Positions 18,015 through 27,573 of a DNA stretch of 64,000 nucleotides are shown piece by piece; position 1 is the first letter of the stretch, and each line of letters begins with the position of its first letter. The translations under genes were made by a program, and so were the position numbers. The stretch comes from a virus (Duplodnaviria > Heunggongvirae > Uroviricota > Caudoviricetes): positions 74,576-138,575 of IMG/VR virus record IMGVR_UViG_3300037789_000070, one strand, 5' to 3'. Below the pieces are notes generated by a model that was not told the origin of the DNA, did not search any database, and saw only the letters and a program-made list of their open reading frames with translations.

Positions 18015-18449
18015 ATGATCAGACAAGAAATGTTTGAAACCGCAGTGTCTAAAATGTGGGAACAAAAGTCATTTTCAACAAGCAATGGAAAATGTTCTTA
18101 CATTAGCGCTGGCGGAAGAAAACGCTGTGCTTTTGGTCATCTATTAACCGAAGAAGAGGCCAATGCTGCTGATAAAGTTTCTATTAATGGCCAAGTTAGC
18201 GTTACTGCTGATAGGATAATCAGAGAAATGGCGTTAGAACGGTTTTTTGGTGAAGAAGATTTCTGTGCAGACTTGCAACACTATCTTCATGATCGTCTCG
18301 CTTCCACGACATATCCAAATATATTTAATAATGAACGTATATTTGATCGAAAAACGTTTCTTGGTATGACTTGTTTATTTGCTAAAAAATATAATTTAGA
18401 TATTAATTTCCTTGATAATCTCAAGGAACAAAAGTTTGCGGTAGTTTAA
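18015..18449 (+). CDS. Hypothetical phage protein
   Basis: 'QEMFE...Q...S....CSY.....RCAFGHLL...LQ..HD' family motif. Confidence 0.75.
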   Translation: MIRQEMFETAVSKMWEQKSFSTSNGKCSYISAGGRKRCAFGHLLTEEEANAADKVSINGQVSVTADRIIREMALERFFGEEDFCADLQHYLHDRLASTTYPNIFNNERIFDRKTFLGMTCLFAKKYNLDINFLDNLKEQKFAVV

Positions 18450-18787
18450 TAATCGTGGAAAAACTAGTGCCACGATAAAACGCTGTTTTGCGAAAACAGT
18501 CATGGGTTCTGAATGGGGCGAGCGCTCGTCCACTAGTAGGATGGCTTAGATGACCACCCCGCAAAGTAGTAGATATGGTAATTTTTAAATTGACGGCGAT
18601 GTGGAAGCTGTAAGCGCGTCCTAGGCAGGATGAAATTGCTGCGGAGACACATAGTCAAATGGAGTTTCCCTCGGGTTAGCCACCGGTTCATAGGGTGACT
18701 GAGTGCGAGTCTCAGATGGTTGTCAGTAGTCCACCCACGGTCCATTTGTAACTGAATAGCAGGAGTTGCGCCCTGCCCGTCGATTTA

Positions 18788-18862
18788 GCTCTCATAGTAT
18801 AATGGTTATTACAATGTCTTGGTACGACATAAATCCATGTTCGACTCATGGTGAGAGCACCA
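18788..18862 (+). tRNA. tRNA-Thr(GGT)
   Basis: atgtc-ttGGTac-gacat; CCA. Confidence 0.92.
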
Positions 18863-18935
18863 TTTTTTTTTTCTTGACAATCGAATTAAAACTAGTTAAA
18901 TTTCATTCAACACTTCAATAAACTGGATTTAAACA

Positions 18936-19277
18936 ATGTCTAAGAAAATTAAACGATCAACTGTATATGAAACCATAGACGTGACGGATATGTTTTCTTA
19001 TTTTTCGAGGTCTGAAAAAGATGCCGTTGAACTTATTAAAAAGGCTTTTGATAAGGTACCAGAAGAATACAGAAGCGAAGCTGAGATTGAATTTAGATCA
19101 TCTCAAGTTGATTATGAAGATTATTATCAACTTGAAGTAGTTATTCGTTATTACCGCGAAGAAACCGACGATGAATTCAATCTTCGGAAAGCAAGACTAA
19201 AGACGGCTGAAAAAGAAGCAGAAGAAAGAGATCGAGCTATGTATGAAAAACTTCGTAAAAAGTTTGAAGATACTTGA
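18936..19277 (+). CDS. Hypothetical protein (paralogue of 16532..16882)
   Basis: 'YYREETDDE' motif. Confidence 0.75.
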   Translation: MSKKIKRSTVYETIDVTDMFSYFSRSEKDAVELIKKAFDKVPEEYRSEAEIEFRSSQVDYEDYYQLEVVIRYYREETDDEFNLRKARLKTAEKEAEERDRAMYEKLRKKFEDT

Positions 19278-19848
19278 TAGAATTTTTCTTTTGAAAATCC
19301 ATACATTTGCTTTTAGAAAGATATGAAAAAATGAAACAGGAACTTGACTTTGATATATTGACTGATGAAGAACTCGCTGATCTTAAGAAGCGGGCAACTC
19401 TCCCAACTGTAAAGCAGTTGATCGAAAATCTTGAAGTAGCGCGAGAACGTATCGCTGAACTTGAAGAAGATGTTCAATACCTTCACCAAGACGCAGCAGG
19501 CGCAGATATTTAAATCGAAAGAAAGTATGATGATTATTAAATTTAATCATGTTGTGGTCTATAATACGGACTCTAATATCGAGGACAGTGAGACTCGGGA
19601 GACTATCACCATCGATACTAGCAAGTTCGATGTTTCTGAGAATTCTCCCTTTTCTTTTGAGAATTCTTATGTTGAGCACATTATCAAAGATGCTCTTGAG
19701 AGTGATGGAGACTGTGAGACCAGTACTTCAATGAAGTATTCTTTCATTGATAATCTTGACTGGTACAATCATCTTAAGACAGATGCTAAGCCAGATCGTA
19801 TTGTTGACGTCACTATCTACGTTTAGAAGATCATGAGGGAGTAGAACC

Positions 19849-20274
19849 ATGGGAGAAAGTTCACCTATTACATATCCCCATGATATGACCACTGGACCAA
19901 TCTGTGGCATTGCGGCAATAGCAATTGCCGCAGATATCAGTTTATCTGAGGCTAGGGAGATTTTTCTAAGACGTTACCCTCAACATGGCAATTGGCGTGG
20001 AAGAACAACGCCTGATCAGATTAAAGTTGTTATGGAGAAGGATATGGGGTTGATCTTGACCTCAATTAAACACCAAAAAGAAACCTTGGGAAAGTTCATG
20101 TCATGGAACTTAGATAGGGACACGATTTATTGGGTAAGAATTACAGGACATTTTATCATTGCTTATAACAATCACATTTATGATCAATATTATGATAGAT
20201 GTCATATTGATGATTGCACTTGGAAGCGCCGTCATGTAACACATGCATGGTCTATTCAAAAGCCAAATGTATGA
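19849..20274 (+). CDS. Putative papain-like (C39-type) peptidase
   Basis: 'GPICGIAAIA' Cys, 'GHFII' His, 'IYD' Asp. Confidence 0.55.
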   Translation: MGESSPITYPHDMTTGPICGIAAIAIAADISLSEAREIFLRRYPQHGNWRGRTTPDQIKVVMEKDMGLILTSIKHQKETLGKFMSWNLDRDTIYWVRITGHFIIAYNNHIYDQYYDRCHIDDCTWKRRHVTHAWSIQKPNV

Positions 20275-20510
20275 ACCATAAAGGATTGATATATGATTGA
20301 AGTTTGGAGAACGAATGAACCTCAAGGTTCCATGTGCTCACCAGTAAATTGGAACAACAGTGAGAAGCCTCCAAAATATGTTCTTTTTCATGATAAGGAT
20401 CGAGGTGATCATTTTATTGGCACCTATCGTCTCGGTGCATGGATGGAAATAGACATTCAACGACTGGCTTCAATTTTAAATGTCGTTGACAAATAGTAAA
20501 TAAAAAGAAT

Positions 20511-20584
20511 GCGGGTATCGTATAATGGTATTACATCACGTTGCCAACGTGAGGACAGGAGTTCAATTCTCCTTACCCGCTCCA
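20511..20584 (+). tRNA. tRNA-Gly(GCC)
   Basis: tcacg-ttGCCaa-cgtga; U73 CCA. Confidence 0.93.
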
Positions 20585-20585
20585 A

Positions 20586-20659
20586 GGGGCAGGCAATGGG
20601 GTTGCGGGTGATTTTTGCAAGATTGCTGTCGCTGGGTTCGATTCCCAGTTGCTCCACCA
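20586..20659 (+). tRNA. tRNA-Ala(TGC), divergent
   Basis: G3-U70, A73; ttTGCaa loop; shortened D region. Confidence 0.6.
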
Positions 20660-20829
20660 ATATTAGTTTTCCGGACTATCTTTGATCAAGAATAGTCCTT
20701 TCAAGGGAAGTCCTACCTAGAATGTTCCTTGATCCAATGCGATTTGTTTCGTGGTTGAGAGAGTAGGATGGAAGATCATTAAATGTTTGTTTTTTAATTA
20801 AGAGTGATATATACTGTATAGTAAATAAT

Positions 20830-20914
20830 GCGGATGTGGCGAAACCGGTAGACGCGCCAGACTTAGAATCTGGTTTCTTATGAAGTGGGGGTTCGAGTCC
20901 CTCCATCCGCACCA
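20830..20914 (+). tRNA. tRNA-Leu(TAG)
   Basis: ccaga-ctTAGaa-tctgg; class II. Confidence 0.93.
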
Positions 20915-20926
20915 CAATTTATTAAC

Positions 20927-21003
20927 CGTACTGAGGCCGAAGAAGTCGAGGCGTCTGGTTGCAACCCAGAAGAAAGCAGGTGCGAGGCCTGTCAGTACGT
21001 CCA
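20927..21003 (+). tRNA. tRNA-Cys(GCA)
   Basis: tctgg-ttGCAac-ccaga; U73 CCA. Confidence 0.8.
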
Positions 21004-21059
21004 ATTTTTTATTGACAATAGCGTAGAGACATATTACAAACCACGAACAATGAAATTGG

Positions 21060-21145
21060 CGCTTGGTAGCTCAGTAGCTTTGTCTTTGGTAGAGCACGTA
21101 ATTGAAACCTACGGGTCGATGGTTCGAATCCATCCCAAGCAACCA
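21060..21145 (+). tRNA. tRNA-Phe(GAA)-like with enlarged D loop
   Basis: ttGAAac loop; ~10 extra nt in D loop; CCA. Confidence 0.55.
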
Positions 21146-21343
21146 ATTTCCTGAAAGGATTTTCAATGAACAACTTTGTACTCTTTTGTGAAACTCACAC
21201 ACCACAAAACTCAATTTCCGGTCTGTCTTTTGAGACTGTAGAAGATGTTATTTCATCTGTTATGAGTGAAGATGATATTAAATGGGCTAAGGTGTATGAT
21301 ATCCAGAATCAGTCATATACTCAATTAGTCGGAGATTCACTTA

Positions 21344-21697
21344 ATGGCTGAATATAAGCAAATTATTGTGTTGCGCAAAGACCTTGGTATGCGCAAAGGA
21401 AAAATGGTTGCCCAAGGTGCCCATGCTTCTCTGAAAGCTGTTCTTGGACGTATGGATGATCCTCGTGTTAAGGGCTGGTTAGCTGGTCCCTTTGCTAAGG
21501 TGGCAGTGTCTGTCGATAGCGAAGAAGAATTTGATGAATTGCAGAAGAAGGCTTTACAAGTAGGCCTTATCTGTGAGGAAATTGTTGATGCTGGACGAAC
21601 TGAATTTCACGGGGTCCCAACAAAAACTGCATTAGCAATCGGTCCTGACAAGGTAGAAAATCTTGACCCCATCACAGGACACTTGAAGCTTCTGTGA
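21344..21697 (+). CDS. pth2: Peptidyl-tRNA hydrolase, Pth2 family
   Basis: 'KQIIVLRKDLGMRKGKMVAQGAHAS', 'DAGRTEF', 'TALAIGP', 'ITGHLKLL'. Confidence 0.95.
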   Translation: MAEYKQIIVLRKDLGMRKGKMVAQGAHASLKAVLGRMDDPRVKGWLAGPFAKVAVSVDSEEEFDELQKKALQVGLICEEIVDAGRTEFHGVPTKTALAIGPDKVENLDPITGHLKLL

Positions 21698-21715
21698 TGG
21701 GGTCAGAGTTCTCCC

Positions 21716-22093
21716 CTAATGGACGTATTTTTCCGGTACAGTGAAGTCTGCCCAGAAATCGCTTTCACATACGAATACCTCACGAGAATCGTTGGACCCG
21801 ACCAAATCATTGAAATCGCGCGGGTGTAAAGTGAGGTCTAGGGTACAGATTTGATGCGCGAACTCGAACTTCGAGACGTCGAAGCTTTCGAACTTTGAAA
21901 TAGATCCTTTATACCACTGGTTGTCATCGAGCGTGAAGTAGAAGTACTCGCCCCACGTGGTATCCATGAAGCCTTTGATATCGGACCCATTGGGCAGATG
22001 TACTCGACAAATATCCCAAGTGCGCCCATTGACGTTGGTCATTTTCGGACGCTTACACTTAGTCAGGCCTTTTGGAAAAAAACGTTTAGTCAT
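21716..22093 (-). CDS. Hypothetical protein (GC-richer insert)
   Basis: GAGGAG SD before MTKRFF on the minus strand. Confidence 0.7.
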   Translation of the reverse strand: MTKRFFPKGLTKCKRPKMTNVNGRTWDICRVHLPNGSDIKGFMDTTWGEYFYFTLDDNQWYKGSISKFESFDVSKFEFAHQICTLDLTLHPRDFNDLVGSNDSREVFVCESDFWADFTVPEKYVH

Positions 22094-22166
22094 GATGGTC
22101 TCCTCGGTGGTTGATGCGAATATTATATACATTAAAATAATTTTGTAAAGACCTAAAATAAAATTT

Positions 22167-22237
22167 AGGGGTGTGATGAAATGGTATCATGATGGTCTCC
22201 AAAACCATTCTTGGGGGTTCGAATCCCTCCACCCCTG
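22167..22237 (+). tRNA. tRNA-Trp(CCA), no encoded CCA end
   Basis: atggt-ctCCAaa-accat; aggggtg/cacccct; G73. Confidence 0.88.
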
Positions 22238-22286
22238 CATTGGTGTAATCTCCATAAATAGTATAAACTATTTGGAGATTACACCC

Positions 22287-22319
22287 TTCATTTATTACAC
22301 GATATACAAAATAACAAAT
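22287..22319 (+). pseudogene. Remnant N-terminus of a GIY-YIG endonuclease
   Basis: FIYYTIYKITN versus MIYYTIYRTTN of 10881; preceded by ATAAATA and GGAG inside a hairpin. Confidence 0.65.
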
Positions 22320-22344
22320 GAGTTAGAGTGTAGTTATTTCATAA

Positions 22345-22872
22345 TCAGTTGGCGTGAAGTCTGGCCATTTTTTCGTATAAATTCAATTCTAATTGATCAT
22401 GTTTGATAATTTTACTTGGGTTGAATACCACTATGGTTTGAGATTTTATCTCATCACCGGAATCGTCTTCGTTGTATTCAACAAAGGTGGCACTATCAAA
22501 ACCAAGGCTTTTTAGATATTTTACAAATTCTTCGCCGACTTCATCTTCAAAAAAAGACCACGATTTTGCATTGGAATAGAGCATATCACGAACATCCGTG
22601 AACAGTTCACTGTCTTTGTCATCAAGATATTCGTAAAATTGCGATAATATTTCGGTCGCTTCATCCATGTTGTATGTGTTTGTGATATTCAATTCATATT
22701 CAATAACATCTCCATATAAAGCAGCAAATTCAGGATTTAGTGTAAAAAACACTCCATGTCTCTCGCTCTGATAATAACCAAAGGTGTGTGAATTATTACC
22801 AGTATGCTTTGTATCAAATGATTGATGATCATTGGATGAACCATGATAAGCTTTCAATTCTGATATTTTCAT
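22345..22872 (-). CDS. ADP-ribosyltransferase-like (ART-PolyVal-type) protein
   Basis: 'AYHGS...FD...GVFFT.NPEFA.LYG', 'LKSLGFDS', 'IVVFNPSKI'. Confidence 0.7.
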   Translation of the reverse strand: MKISELKAYHGSSNDHQSFDTKHTGNNSHTFGYYQSERHGVFFTLNPEFAALYGDVIEYELNITNTYNMDEATEILSQFYEYLDDKDSELFTDVRDMLYSNAKSWSFFEDEVGEEFVKYLKSLGFDSATFVEYNEDDSGDEIKSQTIVVFNPSKIIKHDQLELNLYEKMARLHAN

Positions 22873-22957
22873 TATTTCACTCGTCATTGTTAGGAGATAT
22901 TGTTCGTATTATTTACGACTTCATCGTGAGGGAGATGAAGGGAGATTTGTAGATACT

Positions 22958-23031
22958 GCCCTTATAGCACAATGGTAGTGCAGTTGTTTCGTAATCAAAA
23001 GATCGGAGTTCGATTCTTCGTAGGGGCACCA
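22958..23031 (+). tRNA. tRNA-Thr(CGT)
   Basis: ttCGTaa loop, weak anticodon stem; CCA. Confidence 0.8.
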
Positions 23032-23078
23032 AGATAAGTTTTCCTCCTTGATATAAATAATTGAATGAGGAAACTTTT

Positions 23079-23861
23079 ATGAGTAGTGATATTAGAAAGC
23101 TTATCGAAACACTTGAAGAAGAGACATTAATTGAAGATGTCCTTATTGAAAGTAAAAAGAGCGATTTAAAAAAGCTTAAGAAATTCAGAGGCTTCATCAT
23201 ACAGAGACTTACAAATGCAAATCTTTATGAATATGTAGATGATATTGATGAACTTGAAAAAAGACTTAATAAAGCATTATCTGATTCATTTTTAAAACGG
23301 TTTTTCTCTGCTCTTACTCTTCACATGTTCGGTAAGAGATTAGATCACAAAGTAAACTATTCATTCTATTTTATTGGGGACAGGGATGGAACTGAATATG
23401 GAAATCCTGAAGAAGAGGGCATAAACTATAACCACGTTGTTAGTTCTGGCCAAAACCAAGCTATGCTTGGGTCATTTTTCATTACTATAGAATTAGAAAC
23501 AGTCGGAATTGAACTATTAAGACATAATCCAAAAAAGTGGATATATATAGTAGCATCTACTATTCTTCATGAAGTCCTTCACACGATACAAAGTAGAAAT
23601 CTTTCACTTTTAGAACCACCTCCAGATTATCCTGCGCCATATGAAGATGATTTCGATTATCAAGAATATTTAAGGAGACCTCGGGAAGTAGAAGCTTGGG
23701 CAATGGACGCTGTTCATTGGGATATGGACAATGATAATGGGGAATGGGATAGAAAAGAACCACTTCCCAATAATATGTCGGCTCGTAAATTTAGAGATGA
23801 TCCAGAACTTTGGACACGCTTCATGAAAGAATATACAAAATTCGTCAAACTTTTAGTTTGA
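23079..23861 (+). CDS. Putative zinc metallopeptidase
   Basis: 'LHEVLHTIQ' HExxH plus 'Y...P.EVEAW'; TATAAATA upstream. Confidence 0.7.
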   Translation: MSSDIRKLIETLEEETLIEDVLIESKKSDLKKLKKFRGFIIQRLTNANLYEYVDDIDELEKRLNKALSDSFLKRFFSALTLHMFGKRLDHKVNYSFYFIGDRDGTEYGNPEEEGINYNHVVSSGQNQAMLGSFFITIELETVGIELLRHNPKKWIYIVASTILHEVLHTIQSRNLSLLEPPPDYPAPYEDDFDYQEYLRRPREVEAWAMDAVHWDMDNDNGEWDRKEPLPNNMSARKFRDDPELWTRFMKEYTKFVKLLV

Positions 23862-23919
23862 CAATGATAATTTTTTTGATATATTGAATTCCATCATTAA
23901 TTATATTGAGAGAACTAAA

Positions 23920-24264
23920 ATGGAATTCTCCCACATCTTGACGACTTATGCTTCGAATTATTTGAACGGTTTGACGTTCGGTTTTGATCATCCGAACAAG
24001 AAGTATGATTTCTTGAGTCAGTTCTGTTCAGAACGGTCGGGTTATGCTTTGCATCAGGTGTCCATTAAACGAGATCTGGTTGGAAGTCAGATTAAGCTTT
24101 CACTAGAACTCGAAGAAAAGGATTCTCATTTTTCGATCAATAAGGAAAACTTCAAAGAAGATTTGTTGCGATGCATCGAATATAATCTTGAGAATTTAGG
24201 TTATGAACCTGTGATCAATTATGACGATAATTCAGTAAGCTTTGGAATTTATCGTCGGTTTTAA
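23920..24264 (+). CDS. Hypothetical protein
   Basis: GAGAG SD before ATG. Confidence 0.65.
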   Translation: MEFSHILTTYASNYLNGLTFGFDHPNKKYDFLSQFCSERSGYALHQVSIKRDLVGSQIKLSLELEEKDSHFSINKENFKEDLLRCIEYNLENLGYEPVINYDDNSVSFGIYRRF

Positions 24265-24591
24265 ACTTGACAAACACAAGTGTTGGAATTAGTATAAAAG
24301 AACGTAGCGGTACAACAAAAAACCATGACTGCTTTGCGCGCAAAGGCTGATTGCGTTTTTGTTGTAGGTAGTAGGATAATTGGTAATCCGCTTAGGGTAC
24401 AGCCTGAGAAATGTTGGTTCGAGTCCAACCTATAAAGACTGATGATATCATCAGCCCGCTATTATTTATTTTTCATTTGAGAGTTTTTAATATGAATTCA
24501 ACTTAAATTTTTAAGCCTGAAAGTAAGTCAAATAGAGGGTCCTTGTGTGGTAGACTTCACACGGCAAATAGCACGGGGACAGGTTTCTAGC

Positions 24592-24666
24592 GCCAGTTGG
24601 TAGGAGTGGTCTTCTAAATGTCCTCATAAGGCATCAAACACAGTTCAATTCTGTGATCTGGCACCA
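24592..24666 (+). tRNA. tRNA-Met/Ile2(CAT), divergent
   Basis: atgtc-ctCATaa-ggcat; ACCA. Confidence 0.7.
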
Positions 24667-24690
24667 CGTTTTAAAATAAGGAAAATTTTT

Positions 24691-25248
24691 ATGTCTAATG
24701 ATCGTACTATGGTTTTTATTGATGGAGCTAACTTCTATAACTCTGCCAAATTCTTCAAGATCAAGATCAATTATGAACGGCTTCTCGATTTCATTGATGA
24801 AAATGTTGGGGACATCGTTCGTTCTTATTACTTCACTCCGATCAATTATGGTGAAGATGGGGAAATCGTCTCTCCTAGGAAGAGCATTATGGATTATCTG
24901 TCATATAATGGCTTCTATCTGGTCAATACTGTTGGCAAGAATCTTAATGAAGAAAGTAATATGCCGACCAGTAGTGACATCAATATTGAGCTTGTAGTCA
25001 ATATGATGAAGATGGCGTACACTGGTCGAGTTGATAATATTGTCCTTCTTTCAGGTAATGGGGATTTTGTTCCAGCTATTAATGCAATTCAGGATCTTGG
25101 CATTAATGTTGTGGTTATGAGCGCATCTGGTGAAAATCGTCTCGTGTCTGACAAACTTCGTCGTCAAGCTGACGAATTCATCAATATTTTGGATGAAGAT
25201 GTTCGCCCTCACATCAATCAAGTAGAAGATAATTCTAACGAAGATTAA
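24691..25248 (+). CDS. NYN (LabA/DUF88) domain ribonuclease
   Basis: 'VFIDGANF', 'LLSGNGDFVP', 'SDKLRRQADEFI'. Confidence 0.9.
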   Translation: MSNDRTMVFIDGANFYNSAKFFKIKINYERLLDFIDENVGDIVRSYYFTPINYGEDGEIVSPRKSIMDYLSYNGFYLVNTVGKNLNEESNMPTSSDINIELVVNMMKMAYTGRVDNIVLLSGNGDFVPAINAIQDLGINVVVMSASGENRLVSDKLRRQADEFINILDEDVRPHINQVEDNSNED

Positions 25249-25258
25249 TTGTTTGACT

Positions 25259-25333
25259 GACTGCTTCGTCTAGTGGTAAGGATATTACCCTCTCAAGGTA
25301 AAGACAGGGGTTCAAATCCCCTAGCGGTCACCA
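25259..25333 (+). tRNA. tRNA-Glu(CTC)
   Basis: ttacc-ctCTCaa-ggtaa; CCA. Confidence 0.9.
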
Positions 25334-25345
25334 AAGGATTTTAAA

Positions 25346-25678
25346 ATGACTGGTTATATTAATCTTTTCATTGATGATGAACGGTTCCCTCCAAATGACG
25401 GACGGGAATGGGTTATTGCTCGAAACTATGAAGAAGCCATCAAAATTCTTTCAGAAACGGTTCCAGTATATATTTCATTCGATCATGATCTAGGGGAAGA
25501 AAAGACTGGCTATGATGTAGCTAAGTGGATTACGTTTAAGGATGTGGATGAAAAATTTCAGTATCTGCCAGATGATTTTGATTTTTATGTCCACAGCCAA
25601 AACCCAATAGGACGGGAGAATATCACTTGTACGTTTGAGACGTACCTCAAATTTCGGGAATTTGAAAAGTGTTCCTAA
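25346..25678 (+). CDS. Cyclic-phosphate-processing receiver domain protein
   Basis: 'LFIDDER', 'ISFDHDLG..KTGYDVAKW', 'HSQNPIG'. Confidence 0.85.
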   Translation: MTGYINLFIDDERFPPNDGREWVIARNYEEAIKILSETVPVYISFDHDLGEEKTGYDVAKWITFKDVDEKFQYLPDDFDFYVHSQNPIGRENITCTFETYLKFREFEKCS

Positions 25679-25871
25679 CGTCCTTGCCGATGCTGATAGT
25701 AGCGATAGGAATGTTTTATTCCTCTATCAGCATCGGCTGCTCATTAGCAGACAGAATAAAAGATAATCATTGCTTCAATTCAGATGATTATACATTCTGT
25801 CTGTTTGGCTCTTTTGTAATTCCGGCAATTGGCTTTTTTATATTTTGGTTTCTTTTAGAAATGATATTCTA

Positions 25872-26384
25872 ATGGGTAAGAGTACTGATTTTCAAAAGCG
25901 CCCGATTTTCCGAAAACGAGTATTCAAATTGCTTCGTAAAGTTCAAGGCAATGAATGTCCTCTTTGTGGTTGTGTCATGAACAAGGAGGGAAAGCCAGAG
26001 ACTAATCCAAACTATATGACGTTCGAACACGTTTATACTACGGCTGAGAGAAAGCGTGGTGACAATATTAAGATGCGCAATTTGGTGTATCTTGCATGTG
26101 TTACCTGTAATAAGGATAGAGCGGATGCCAACCTATCCTATTATATTGATAAGAGGTTTGGCCTATTTGCTTCTGAAAAGAAAAGAAAAATTGAAAAAAT
26201 CATCAATGATGTCGTCAGATTGAATAAAACCAATGAAATAAGAGAGCGTCTTAATGCTTTGAGAACTCATTGTTCTATTTCATTAGATTGTAACAATATG
26301 ACTTCTGAGGTTGAAAATAGTCTGTCATCTATTGAAGCTTTTTATGGCTCTCCTCAGAGTGACGTAAAGGTGTTTAAAATATAA
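25872..26384 (+). CDS. HNH endonuclease
   Basis: CPLC...TFEHV...NLVYLACVTCN..R. Confidence 0.8.
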   Translation: MGKSTDFQKRPIFRKRVFKLLRKVQGNECPLCGCVMNKEGKPETNPNYMTFEHVYTTAERKRGDNIKMRNLVYLACVTCNKDRADANLSYYIDKRFGLFASEKKRKIEKIINDVVRLNKTNEIRERLNALRTHCSISLDCNNMTSEVENSLSSIEAFYGSPQSDVKVFKI

Positions 26385-26385
26385 A

Positions 26386-26476
26386 GGAAGATGTCTCTAG
26401 GAGGTCCTAGGCGCTCGCTGGAAACGAGTTGATACCTTTCACAGGGTATAGGGTTCGATACCTTCTTCTTCCGCCA
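26386..26476 (+). tRNA. tRNA-Ser(GGA)
   Basis: gctcg-ctGGAaa-cgagt; long V arm; G73. Confidence 0.8.
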
Positions 26477-26494
26477 TTTTAAAGGATTTGAATT

Positions 26495-26902
26495 ATGACA
26501 AACATTCATGAAAAAATTTATGATGCATTTAATTATGCATCCGAACATTGTCCTATTTGTTTGATTGATTACTCTAACCGTTCTGCCGTTAAAGAGCCTT
26601 ATGTAATTATGGATAATAGGGACCATACTGCATTGTTTGCTAGTTCCAATCATGAAGAGGCTAAAAAGGAGTACGAACGTCTTAAGAATGAATACGTTTC
26701 ACAGAAAGTTCTTGAGGAACTAAGTATCGATTATATTGTTGAAGAACGAGATTTGCTATTTCATCTTTTGAAGCCAATTCTCACTGCGTACAATGAAATT
26801 AATAAGCGAATGTATGTGGAAGAACTTGATAATAAAAAGATAGCAATTCTCTATGATTTTGAACAAATTAAAGAGTTAGTTTCTCTTTTTAATAAATCTT
26901 GA
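26495..26902 (+). CDS. Hypothetical protein
   Basis: AAGGA SD. Confidence 0.7.
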   Translation: MTNIHEKIYDAFNYASEHCPICLIDYSNRSAVKEPYVIMDNRDHTALFASSNHEEAKKEYERLKNEYVSQKVLEELSIDYIVEERDLLFHLLKPILTAYNEINKRMYVEELDNKKIAILYDFEQIKELVSLFNKS

Positions 26903-26958
26903 CTTTTCTTTCCAGTTAAACTATATATTAATCATCATAAAATATATGGTTTGACGAA

Positions 26959-27573
26959 ATGAACAGCTTGATTAAAATCTTTGGAACTGCAGCACTCGTC
27001 CTAGTGATGAGTGCTGCAAATTCTATTGCTCAAGTAAAAACGAGTTCAATTCAAAATGATATTTTTCTGAAAAATTATGGGTTGACAAAACCTCCGTATG
27101 GATACGTTGCTTTTTGTTTGAGGAATGTCTTTGAATGTGGCTTTGGTTATGTTGAAGATGCACCCGAACGTATGATTATTTCAGACAGTGATTATAATTT
27201 CATTAGAAAGGTAAATCTCGATGTCAATAAAGAGATTGAACCGAAAAATGATATTGAAAATTATGAAATGGAAGAGTGGTGGGACTATCCGGAGAAGTAT
27301 GGAGACTGTGAAGATTATGCACTCCTAAAGCGCAGGAGGCTTATCGAGGCTGGTTTTTCTGCTAATCACCTTCTTTTGTCTGTGGTGAAAAACGGCGAAG
27401 AAGGGCACGCAATTCTTATCATCACTACAAATCGTGGGAATCTAATTCTTGATAATCTAACTGATGAGATTTTACGCCTAGAGGATACGTCTTATCTTTA
27501 TCATTCCCGTCAAAGTGGAAATAAAGAGCAAGCGTGGGTTAAAATGAAGGATTACGAGGTATTATTAGACTAA
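26959..27573 (+). CDS. Transglutaminase-like periplasmic cysteine protease (BTLCP/LapG-like)
   Basis: Signal peptide; 'PPYGYVAFC', 'GDCEDYALLKRRRL', 'GHAILII', 'ILDNL'. Confidence 0.9.
   Translation: MNSLIKIFGTAALVLVMSAANSIAQVKTSSIQNDIFLKNYGLTKPPYGYVAFCLRNVFECGFGYVEDAPERMIISDSDYNFIRKVNLDVNKEIEPKNDIENYEMEEWWDYPEKYGDCEDYALLKRRRLIEAGFSANHLLLSVVKNGEEGHAILIITTNRGNLILDNLTDEILRLEDTSYLYHSRQSGNKEQAWVKMKDYEVLLD

Noticed and set aside
6034..21154. Many short ORFs overlapping tRNAs (e.g. 6034-, 7783-, 8742-, 12130+, 20457-, 20676-, 20885+)
   Set aside because: Spurious translations of tRNA genes.
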